From IMG/VR virus record IMGVR_UViG_3300022752_000014: a stretch of 64,000 nucleotides of DNA, one strand, 5' to 3'. This stretch comes from a virus. Taxonomy: Duplodnaviria > Caudoviricetes. Below, piece by piece: positions 45,195-53,293 of the stretch (its first letter is position 1; each line of letters begins with the position of its first letter). The position numbers were made by a program, and so were the translations under genes. The notes under the pieces are model-generated. The model saw only the letters and a program-made list of their open reading frames with translations. It had not been told where the DNA came from and searched no databases.

Positions 45195-48100
45195 ATGTCG
45201 TTTAATATCTTTGGTCCCGCTTCAAAGAATTCAATTCGTGTTGGTTATATATCAACAGATAGGGGTTTTGTTGATGATATTACTATCTGTGAAGCAAATG
45301 ATTATGCAAAGTTAAATCCAGGAACACAATTTATATTTAAGACAAGAAAGTTTATTAAGTATCTAAACATTAATGAAGTTAATAAATTAACACCTGATGA
45401 TGTTCTATCTACTGGAAGCACCTGTGGCGGTATTGTATTAGACGCAGACTGCGGATATCCCGAAGCACACTTTTATGGTGGTGGAGGAGTAGGAGTTCAG
45501 GGCAACCCTGTATTTGGTAGAGATGGATCTTTACTTGCTGTAGATTTAGTTCACGGTGGATTTGGATATCAATATCCACCGATCGTTGAAGTTAAAGACA
45601 ATTGTGGATTCGGTGTAGGTGCTGTCACCCGTGCAGTTCTTGGTGAGATTGTAGAGACTGTGGAGTATTATGATCAAGAAGGAGACTTTGAAGAGTATGA
45701 AATCTGTGACCCTACTGATGTTGGATATGGATTAAGATATGGTCCGAATGGAGAGGTACTGGGAGATTGGGACCCAACCCTATATGCAAATTTAACTAAA
45801 GACCCTATTGCTATAGAGATTAAAGAGTATCAAGACTTCTTACAAAAGTTACAAACTCCTTGGTGGACAACAAGAACAAAAAATCCATTAAGAGTTACAT
45901 CTGCAAATCGCACAACAAGAGTTAAACATAATGTCACCTATCCTGCTTGGAGTGACTTTTTAAATAAGTATGCAATTTCTCCTGTTCCACCATCAAATGC
46001 TCCTGGTAGTGATTTTTCTGCAGAAGGGTTTACACTTGAGTGGGAAGAAGAATTTCCATATGATGGCGAATATGTTTTCAGAGGTCTTGCTGATAATAGA
46101 GCGGCACTTTATTTGGATAATTTGAAACTCAGTGATCTTCAAAGCGTCACGTTTATTGGTGAGAACAATCGTCAAGATAGTGCATTAAGTGTAAAAGATA
46201 CTCCAAATACTATAAGAAAAATCGTAAAGGCTGGTGTGCATCGAATTCGTGTTGACTTATACAATCAACCAATATCACCAACACCATTACCAGCAACAAG
46301 AAAAGTATTTAATACGGTAGATTATATTACCAAAGCGAACAGACGTTTATGGAGAACAAACGTTTATGGTCGAGGTGGTTTTATCAATGAATATGGAGTA
46401 TGTCCATTTGATACAACGGTTCAACTTGAAGACAACCCTTATGCGGGCACTCACACAATTGTATGGGACAATATTAGCTTTCCAGCAGATGGAAATTATA
46501 TCATAGAAATTGAAGTTGATGATAATGTTACATTGAAATTTGCAGGTCAAGATGGAGAAACAGTCATCACAAAAAGAGGTTTTAGTGCTGGTGACAAAGG
46601 CACTGGAAAGACAACTGAAACAAAATTCTTCAGAGCAGGAACATATAAAATTACTGCTGACTTAGAACAAATTCCTGGTGGTAAGTTTGGATTTAGTCAT
46701 ATCAAGGGAGTCAATCCAATGGCTCTTGCTGTAAATATTGAGTCTGCTTCTACACAAACACCTGTTGTATCTCCAAGGTCTTGGAATGAAAATCCAATGG
46801 GAATTGCATTGACAATTGATGCTCCATTACCTCCAATACCACAGGAACCAATTCCTGTTCAACAAGAAGGTAGATGTCCCAATAATCCAATTTGGAGTAC
46901 AAGATTTCCAAATGGAAAAGAAAAGTGGTGGCCTGTTAAATATGAATCCAGAAGCTGGAGTAAGTTTATGAACCGTTATGCGATTTCTCCAATCCCACCA
47001 CTATCTAAAAAAGGAAGTGATGGTGGTGGAGTTGTCTATAAAAATTCTTGGAACTTAGACATTCCTTATGATGGGTTCTATGCACTAAAAGGAACTGTTG
47101 ATAATGGTGGTCGAATTTTAATTGACGATAAAGAAGTTGCTAGAGGTGGTGGAGTAAGTTTTAAGGGTGGGACAGTAGATACAAAACAAAAACTAGACTC
47201 ATTTAAAGTTGAAAATCCTCAGTCTACAAAACTGTTTTTGACAAAAGGAAAACACACTATTCAAGTTGAAGTTGAGAATGAAAAGACAGAGACTTTTGAA
47301 AAGATTGACAAAAAAATATTCAGTACAAAAGACTGGATGTTTAAACCTACTGTTCAACCAATAGTGGTTCAAGAACAAGTTGATGAATATGAACTTCAAT
47401 CGGAAACATACATTGGTCCATTGCGTGACAATGTTGTAACAGGTAGTAAGTATGATGCAAGAGTTCCTAGTAATTGGGTTACATATGGAGCAGTTCAATT
47501 AGGAAATATGGCTCGTGGTGGTTCTTCTACTTACATATTAGGACCTCCAGGTGTTTCTTTTGGTACAAATAACGGATTTATTTTCTGGGGTGGTGGAAAA
47601 ATAGATGGGACAGTTGTAGATGTTGGAGCAAAAGGTCCATATACTACTGGGGAATATATTCAAGTTGATGACCAAACTAGGGTCACTTTAGGTGCTTTCT
47701 CAGAAACTTCTGCTTTTTCTATACCGACTAGAGATGGACGATTCTCTCGGTCCATTCAGTCTTATGGTTTACACAAACTTAAAGTGTGGAAGAAAAAAGG
47801 TTCATCACAAGTTACAAAAGAGGTTGGAACAACTGTTTCTACTGCCATCATAAAACAATCACCTACTGCTGCTGGTGTTGTTTATGAAGGACCAACACCA
47901 ATTGCAAACTACGTCAGTGATTTCATTTCACCAGTTTTTCAAGATGTGAATGCTAAACCAAATGAAGAAATCCAAGGCAAGACTTGGTTCTTCCGTTGGT
48001 CTAATGTTGACTTCCCCGTTGATGGTCAATATACTTTAGAAGCAGAAGCAGATGATAAACTAATTGTAAGAATTGATGGTGTTGAGGTTGGTCAAGCAAA

Positions 48101-48968
48101 AGTTTTTGAGGGTAGAAGAAAAACAATCTTTAATATTACGAAGGGCAAGCGAACTGTTGAATTGGAACTTTCAAACATTCGTATTCCAAACACGGGATTT
48201 GATAAGAATCCAGTTGTGACATATGCTCAAATAACTGTACCAGTTGATGTCGCTGCAGGAATTAGCAAACCCTGGACAGAAAATCCAATGGGAATTTCAG
48301 CAATCTTAATTCCTCCTCCTTGTCCAAAAAGAATTAAAGGTAAGGGTGTTGTTACAGAGGTGATTGTTGATGATCCTGGTAATGGATTTGTTCCTCCAGG
48401 AAATGGTGATTATCCAGTCGCACTGCGACTTAAAAATGTTATTGTAGAAGATACTGGAATTAACTATAATTGTGGTGTTGATCAAATTCAAATCACTCCA
48501 AATAATGGTGCTGTTCTTGATTATGAGTGTGATACATTTGGTAGAATCGTCAATGTGAAAGTTTTAAATCCAGGACTTGGATTTACAACGTATCCAGAAA
48601 TTACGATGGTTACTCCTACTGATAATCCAACAGGTATTAATGCAACCTTTAGACCTCAATTTGAAATTGTAAGAGACCCGATTGCTGAACCACAAAAACT
48701 GATTCAAGTTACTGATTTGGTTGGTCTTAAACAGACTGGTTATGTGGATGGAAGACCTTATTATGGAGCAGTCTTCTCCAAAGATGGTGCTAATTATGCT
48801 GGTTTCTATGAAACACCTGGCGATTTAGTACAAGTTTATGCTACACTTCAAGAAAGCATTAATGCTCAAGTTACTACAGCACCTTCTGCAATTCAAAGGC
48901 AGGGTACAGATGTTACTAGTAACGATCCTAGACTTAATCTTCCTGGCACTCCAGAAAATCTTATTTAA
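45195..48968 (+). CDS. Large virion protein with about four PA14-like repeats
   Basis: Repeated W...F/IP.DG.Y.....D....D...G.H unit; late ATAAATA at 45156-45162. Confidence 0.7.
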   Translation: MSFNIFGPASKNSIRVGYISTDRGFVDDITICEANDYAKLNPGTQFIFKTRKFIKYLNINEVNKLTPDDVLSTGSTCGGIVLDADCGYPEAHFYGGGGVGVQGNPVFGRDGSLLAVDLVHGGFGYQYPPIVEVKDNCGFGVGAVTRAVLGEIVETVEYYDQEGDFEEYEICDPTDVGYGLRYGPNGEVLGDWDPTLYANLTKDPIAIEIKEYQDFLQKLQTPWWTTRTKNPLRVTSANRTTRVKHNVTYPAWSDFLNKYAISPVPPSNAPGSDFSAEGFTLEWEEEFPYDGEYVFRGLADNRAALYLDNLKLSDLQSVTFIGENNRQDSALSVKDTPNTIRKIVKAGVHRIRVDLYNQPISPTPLPATRKVFNTVDYITKANRRLWRTNVYGRGGFINEYGVCPFDTTVQLEDNPYAGTHTIVWDNISFPADGNYIIEIEVDDNVTLKFAGQDGETVITKRGFSAGDKGTGKTTETKFFRAGTYKITADLEQIPGGKFGFSHIKGVNPMALAVNIESASTQTPVVSPRSWNENPMGIALTIDAPLPPIPQEPIPVQQEGRCPNNPIWSTRFPNGKEKWWPVKYESRSWSKFMNRYAISPIPPLSKKGSDGGGVVYKNSWNLDIPYDGFYALKGTVDNGGRILIDDKEVARGGGVSFKGGTVDTKQKLDSFKVENPQSTKLFLTKGKHTIQVEVENEKTETFEKIDKKIFSTKDWMFKPTVQPIVVQEQVDEYELQSETYIGPLRDNVVTGSKYDARVPSNWVTYGAVQLGNMARGGSSTYILGPPGVSFGTNNGFIFWGGGKIDGTVVDVGAKGPYTTGEYIQVDDQTRVTLGAFSETSAFSIPTRDGRFSRSIQSYGLHKLKVWKKKGSSQVTKEVGTTVSTAIIKQSPTAAGVVYEGPTPIANYVSDFISPVFQDVNAKPNEEIQGKTWFFRWSNVDFPVDGQYTLEAEADDKLIVRIDGVEVGQAKVFEGRRKTIFNITKGKRTVELELSNIRIPNTGFDKNPVVTYAQITVPVDVAAGISKPWTENPMGISAILIPPPCPKRIKGKGVVTEVIVDDPGNGFVPPGNGDYPVALRLKNVIVEDTGINYNCGVDQIQITPNNGAVLDYECDTFGRIVNVKVLNPGLGFTTYPEITMVTPTDNPTGINATFRPQFEIVRDPIAEPQKLIQVTDLVGLKQTGYVDGRPYYGAVFSKDGANYAGFYETPGDLVQVYATLQESINAQVTTAPSAIQRQGTDVTSNDPRLNLPGTPENLI

Positions 48969-48993
48969 ATAGAATATACCAATGGACCTATAA

Positions 48994-49740
48994 ATGGCAG
49001 AAGATTCCGGAATACTTAAATCATTAAATAATGCACTTCAAAATGAAGAGATTGTTCAAAGTTTTGAAGATTTTAAAAATTGTGTTGAAGACCGATTACC
49101 TTCTCCAGCTGGAGAAAGTGCTTTTGAAAATACAAATACTAAAAAAGATAAAAATCCAAAAGATACTGCAAAACAAAATTACACAGCAATACGATATGGT
49201 AATGATCACGGTTCATTAAGTTTCGGTTCTATAGATGCAGATGGCGCTGTAACTTCTGCAGTAATGCTTCAAACGCCTGATGGAACACACCAGTTTTCTA
49301 TGGATAAGGACGGTCCTAGAAAAGGGTGGACTACATTCACAGGACCTGGAAACTTTCAGGTGGAATGTGGGAGTGCAAATGAAGAAGCACAAGACAGCTT
49401 GATATTAAATGCAAAAAATGGTAATATTATTATCAAAGCTAGTAATGGCAAAATCATACTTGAGGGGACCGATATTGAATTAAATGCTGTTGGTGAGGGT
49501 GGCAGTAAAGGAAACGTCCGAATAGATGCAACCGAAAATGTCAGTGTTGATTCAAAGAAATTTTTGGTAAATACAAAAGTATCTTATAATATCGTAAGTT
49601 CAGGAATGGGAGAAATTGTTGCCAACGGTATTCTAAAAATGTATGGATCGATTATTAAAGGGGCTGATGACTCTTGTGCTGTAAAAAATAGCAAGAATAA
49701 TCTCAAAAAAATAGTTGATAAAAATAACAAAGTATCATAA
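48994..49740 (+). CDS. gp5 C-terminal-like beta-helix / spike protein
   Basis: Short beta repeats (NAKNGNIIIKASNGKIILEG); position downstream of gp5. Confidence 0.45.
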   Translation: MAEDSGILKSLNNALQNEEIVQSFEDFKNCVEDRLPSPAGESAFENTNTKKDKNPKDTAKQNYTAIRYGNDHGSLSFGSIDADGAVTSAVMLQTPDGTHQFSMDKDGPRKGWTTFTGPGNFQVECGSANEEAQDSLILNAKNGNIIIKASNGKIILEGTDIELNAVGEGGSKGNVRIDATENVSVDSKKFLVNTKVSYNIVSSGMGEIVANGILKMYGSIIKGADDSCAVKNSKNNLKKIVDKNNKVS

Positions 49741-49751
49741 GGAGTTTGTAA

Positions 49752-50543
49752 ATGGCTGATTTACCAGATTTAAATGTAGGTGGTCAACTCAGAGTAGGAA
49801 CAGGTATTTGTCCTGCAATTAAAGAGGGAAATCAAAAGATTAATGGGTCTGCATTTGTTGAAGGTCCAATGGTGGTTGGAAGTCCTTTACAATTTCCAAC
49901 TGCATATGCAACCGTAATGATTGGACCACTTACAAATAGTGATGAAGACTCAGTACCACCATTTGTTCCAGGAGCTTTATGTGTGGGTGGAGTTCATAAT
50001 CCATACTCACTTTCAGTTTCTGGTTCAGCAGCGTTTCTTGGACCCGTAGATACAAATGATCATCTTCAAGTAGGTCTGAGTCTTTTTGCTCAAGGGGAAG
50101 TTATATCTAACTGTGGAGGACACATTCTTTCTGCAAAGAAAAACTTTGATATTCCTCACCCAACTAAAGAGGGTTGGAGACTTCGCCACACTTGTCCAGA
50201 AGGTCCATCAAACGATGTCTATGTGAGAGGAAAGGTACTGAACAGAACTGAAATTGAACTTCCAAAGTATTGGAAGAAACTTGTAGATTTTACAACTATC
50301 ACAGTGTCCCTTACACCAATCGGTGCTCATCAAGATGTAATTGTAAAACGTATTGATGAAGAGAAAGTTTATCTACAATCAAGAAGCGGAATTCCTATTC
50401 ATTGCTTCTACCATATCTTTGGAACTCGTGCTGATGGAGAACGATTGATTCCAGAATATGAAGGTGAAAGCCCAGCAGATTATCCAGGAAACAACGATGA
50501 GTATTCTGTTTCTGGATACCATTACGATAAGAAGGAGGTTTAA
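49752..50543 (+). CDS. Virion spike-associated protein (paralog 1)
   Basis: KKNFDIPHPTKEGWRLRHTCPEGP domain shared with the next gene. Confidence 0.65.
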   Translation: MADLPDLNVGGQLRVGTGICPAIKEGNQKINGSAFVEGPMVVGSPLQFPTAYATVMIGPLTNSDEDSVPPFVPGALCVGGVHNPYSLSVSGSAAFLGPVDTNDHLQVGLSLFAQGEVISNCGGHILSAKKNFDIPHPTKEGWRLRHTCPEGPSNDVYVRGKVLNRTEIELPKYWKKLVDFTTITVSLTPIGAHQDVIVKRIDEEKVYLQSRSGIPIHCFYHIFGTRADGERLIPEYEGESPADYPGNNDEYSVSGYHYDKKEV

Positions 50544-50546
50544 AAA

Positions 50547-51266
50547 ATGGCAAATATGGAATTTGTTCCAGGTGCATCTGGTAAAGATTGTGCTGAAAAG
50601 ACTGGTGGTTGGGGACTTAAATCAACTGCCTACGAATATATTTGGAAGGGTGATATTGACCAATCCAAGTATCCTGCAGATGCTTGCCCACCAAGATATC
50701 ACGGCAATGCACAAATCGACAACTTACAAGTTAATACTTTAATCAGTGGAGGAGGAAGCATCAATGTAAGTGGAAGTGTTTCTTCAAACGGAGGAGCGCA
50801 CGTTCTTTCCAATAAAAAGAACCTTCCATTTGATATGCCCCATCCAAATAAAGCAGGGTGGAGACTTCGCCACGTTTGTATTGAAGGACCTGAAATTGCA
50901 GTCTATTGCAGAGGAAGAGTTGGTGGCGATGGAATTATCAATCTTCCATCTTTTTGGGAAGGTCTTGTGAATCCAGAGGATATGTCAATTAGTCTGACAC
51001 CAATTGGATGTTGGCAAGAACTATTTGTAAAAGAAGTTCGTTGGGGAAAGCAAGTGGTTGTTGTGAATAATGCTGGTGGTCCAATCAATGCAGACTATCA
51101 TATCATTGCACGGAGACTTGATGATGATTTAGTGGTTGAGTATGAAGGACGATCACACGAAGATTACCCTGGCGGCAATGAAGGATATTCGTTTAATTTT
51201 GAACATAATTACGTGAAGAATCTCATTCAGGAAACCATCCGTGAGCATCTTGACAAACAACCCTGA
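50547..51266 (+). CDS. Virion spike-associated protein (paralog 2)
   Basis: KKNLPFDMPHPNKAGWRLRHVCIEGP domain. Confidence 0.65.
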   Translation: MANMEFVPGASGKDCAEKTGGWGLKSTAYEYIWKGDIDQSKYPADACPPRYHGNAQIDNLQVNTLISGGGSINVSGSVSSNGGAHVLSNKKNLPFDMPHPNKAGWRLRHVCIEGPEIAVYCRGRVGGDGIINLPSFWEGLVNPEDMSISLTPIGCWQELFVKEVRWGKQVVVVNNAGGPINADYHIIARRLDDDLVVEYEGRSHEDYPGGNEGYSFNFEHNYVKNLIQETIREHLDKQP

Positions 51267-51278
51267 CCTTGCTATACT
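51250..51278 (+). promoter_or_regulatory. Sigma70 promoter
   Basis: TTGACA, 17 bp, TATACT with a TG extension. Confidence 0.75.
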
Positions 51279-51303
51279 AGTCCAGTAATCAACAAACGAA
51301 CCA

Positions 51304-51486
51304 ATGCAAGATGAGTACCTGGCGCGATGCGTGGTTGACCCTTTGAAGCGAACCGTGTATCTATATTCCAATGAGGGTGCAGAGAAGCAAGTGTCGTGCG
51401 ATACGGTTGAAGAGTTTATGAGTGTGTTAGAGTTCGTTCGTGCTACTGTGGATGAAGAAACGCTCTCATACGCAAATCCACTTTAA
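51304..51486 (+). CDS. Hypothetical cyanophage protein
   Basis: Lies directly downstream of the promoter. Confidence 0.7.
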   Translation: MQDEYLARCVVDPLKRTVYLYSNEGAEKQVSCDTVEEFMSVLEFVRATVDEETLSYANPL

Positions 51487-51549
51487 GTTCCAAAAAAGGT
51501 TAAAAAAAATTCCCGGCAAAAATCCTTACGCGATACTTTTTTGAAAAGT

Positions 51550-51756
51550 ATGAATTTATACAAAATCTCATATAAAACTCTAAAAGACGAACCCGTCAAA
51601 ACCACACCAGAAAACGTAAAAGATGCAAATGAAGCACTTTTTACGGCAAAGTGGAATTTACCTCAAGCAGCAAAACATTGTGGAATGTCACAAAAAGAGA
51701 TGAAATTGACATTCTGGGAATATCTCAAGTATAATCCTATCACGTATCAAGCGTGA
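51550..51756 (+). CDS. Hypothetical protein (possible HTH)
   Basis: WNLPQAAKHCGMS resembles a helix-turn-helix. Confidence 0.6.
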   Translation: MNLYKISYKTLKDEPVKTTPENVKDANEALFTAKWNLPQAAKHCGMSQKEMKLTFWEYLKYNPITYQA

Positions 51757-51762
51757 TTTTTT

Positions 51763-51837
51763 GGCGGTGTAGCCCAATCGGCAGCAGGCAAATGACTTAA
51801 AATCATTACAGTGTGAGTTCGAATCTCACCACCGCTA
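51763..51837 (+). tRNA. tRNA-Leu (UAA) with a short variable arm
   Basis: Acceptor GGCGGTG/CACCGCT+A, anticodon arm AATGA-CTTAAAA-TCATT, T arm GTGAG-TTCGAAT-CTCAC; no encoded CCA. Confidence 0.9.
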
Positions 51838-51885
51838 TTAGGGGATTTAACGTCCTCTAAATAATCAAAAGTAGGAAACAGTCCT

Positions 51886-52155
51886 ATGAAATACCGCATT
51901 GATGCCAGATACGTTTGGTACAATAAAGGAACAGAACTTGTTCTAATGTATTTTATAGAAGGTGTTCCATTCACTTTTGACGATGTTCCAGAGAGTCATT
52001 TGTACGATTTGGAAATACTTGAAGTAGCAGATAAAGAACGCAGGTACGAACCAGAAGATTTGTACAGAACATCATTCTATTTGATTGATGAGCAGTGTCA
52101 TCCTCTGATGTTTGAACTTGAACTGGAAAATCCAGAAATGCTACCTCAAGATTAA
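51886..52155 (+). CDS. Hypothetical cyanophage protein
   Basis: Late CTAAATA at 51857-51863 and AGGA SD. Confidence 0.7.
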   Translation: MKYRIDARYVWYNKGTELVLMYFIEGVPFTFDDVPESHLYDLEILEVADKERRYEPEDLYRTSFYLIDEQCHPLMFELELENPEMLPQD

Positions 52156-52156
52156 T

Positions 52157-52228
52157 GCCCTTGTAGCTCAGTGGTAGAGCAACGGTTTTGTAAACCGTCG
52201 GTCGTCCGTTCAAATCGGATCGGGGGCT
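52157..52228 (+). tRNA. tRNA-Thr (UGU)
   Basis: Acceptor GCCCTTG/CGGGGGC, D arm GCTCAGTGGTAGAGC, anticodon arm ACGGT-TTTGTAA-ACCGT, T loop TTCAAAT. Confidence 0.93.
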
Positions 52229-52247
52229 TGAGTTCTAATACTCCAAA

Positions 52248-52406
52248 ATGTCATTAATTTCTCAAAAAGATCGCCAAATGGTGATAGAAGCACTAGAATT
52301 TTATATTGAGGATATGAAAAAGAATAACTGCAATGAAGCAGCAATTTATTCTTATAATACTCTTCTTAACTGGATTGAATTAGAGTATTTCAAAAATGAA
52401 AATTAA
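52248..52406 (+). CDS. Hypothetical protein (52 aa), not in the ORF track
   Basis: MSLISQKDRQMVIEALEFY...LLNWIELEYFKNEN. Confidence 0.6.
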   Translation: MSLISQKDRQMVIEALEFYIEDMKKNNCNEAAIYSYNTLLNWIELEYFKNEN

Positions 52407-52569
52407 TCTTTGGTATTGTAAAGAAATGAATCAATGGCGTTGGACTCTTACTGAGGATTCACGTCCAGTGATTCGGCAAGAATCGGGGCAGCAACCAAAT
52501 CTTCGTGATGCTATGAATGATGTAGCAAACACTGTGGAATATATGTTAAAATGCAAACAAAGTGAGTAG
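52396..52569 (+). CDS. Hypothetical protein (57 aa), not in the ORF track
   Basis: MKINLWYCKEMNQWRWTL...; overlaps the previous stop. Confidence 0.6.
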   Translation: MKINLWYCKEMNQWRWTLTEDSRPVIRQESGQQPNLRDAMNDVANTVEYMLKCKQSE

Positions 52570-52579
52570 AAATACTTAG

Positions 52580-53191
52580 ATGAAAGAGGATTTTTATATA
52601 GATAGAGTGGGTAAGGAAGAAATTAAAGAACTTCTTTACACATATCACTATCTTAAAGATGAATCCAAAGACTTTAAATCAGGTTTTAACTACGGATTAT
52701 ATAAACGTCCTGAATGGGAATGTCCTCTTAATCTTGGCGGTTGCCTTGGTGCTTGCGTTTTTACTACTCTCCCAGTTCCAGAGATTGCAGTAGGGGCATT
52801 TGGATTAGAAAGAAATCAACAAAAAGGTATATACGAATTATCGAGACTTTGCATTCATCCAGATATACAAAAACAGGAATACAATATTACATCCTGGTTC
52901 TTAAGTCGTTGCATTAGGAGATTTAAAAAAGATGCCACAGTTTCTGCTATTCTTAGTTACGCTGACGCTGATCACCACACTGGAACTATATACAGAGCTT
53001 GCAATTTTCAATACTACGGTTTAACCGCACCCAAAAAAGATTTCTATTATTCAGACGGAACTAAACACTCTCGTGGAAAAATAAAGGGTGAAGATGGTGA
53101 ATGGAAGGACCGAAGTAGAAAGCATAGATACTTGATGGTCTTTGATAAACAACTTCAAAAACGCTTGACGTGGGAAGAACAGTCGTGGTAA
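52580..53191 (+). CDS. Mom-like GNAT-fold DNA modification protein
   Basis: HYL, GACVF...P, YELSRLCIHP, SWFLSRCI, LSYAD and GTIYRACNFQYYG match the Mu Mom family pattern. Confidence 0.72.
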   Translation: MKEDFYIDRVGKEEIKELLYTYHYLKDESKDFKSGFNYGLYKRPEWECPLNLGGCLGACVFTTLPVPEIAVGAFGLERNQQKGIYELSRLCIHPDIQKQEYNITSWFLSRCIRRFKKDATVSAILSYADADHHTGTIYRACNFQYYGLTAPKKDFYYSDGTKHSRGKIKGEDGEWKDRSRKHRYLMVFDKQLQKRLTWEEQSW

Positions 53192-53199
53192 AATAACAA

Positions 53200-53249
53200 G
53201 GTGTGAAGGAAGTGCGAAAAGGGCAACCAGCAATGGTTTGCCCTTTTTT
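53200..53249 (+). ncRNA. Candidate ~50-nt stand-alone small RNA
   Basis: TTGACG (53165), 18 bp, TAAAAT (53189), then ~20 nt and a strong terminator; no ORF. Confidence 0.4.
53217..53249 (+). terminator. Intrinsic terminator (potentially bidirectional)
   Basis: AAAA-GGGCAACCA-GCAA-TGGTTTGCCC-TTTTTT. Confidence 0.8.
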
Positions 53250-53293
53250 CGTATGATAAATAATCCATAACGGAAACTATAAGTATTAATAAG

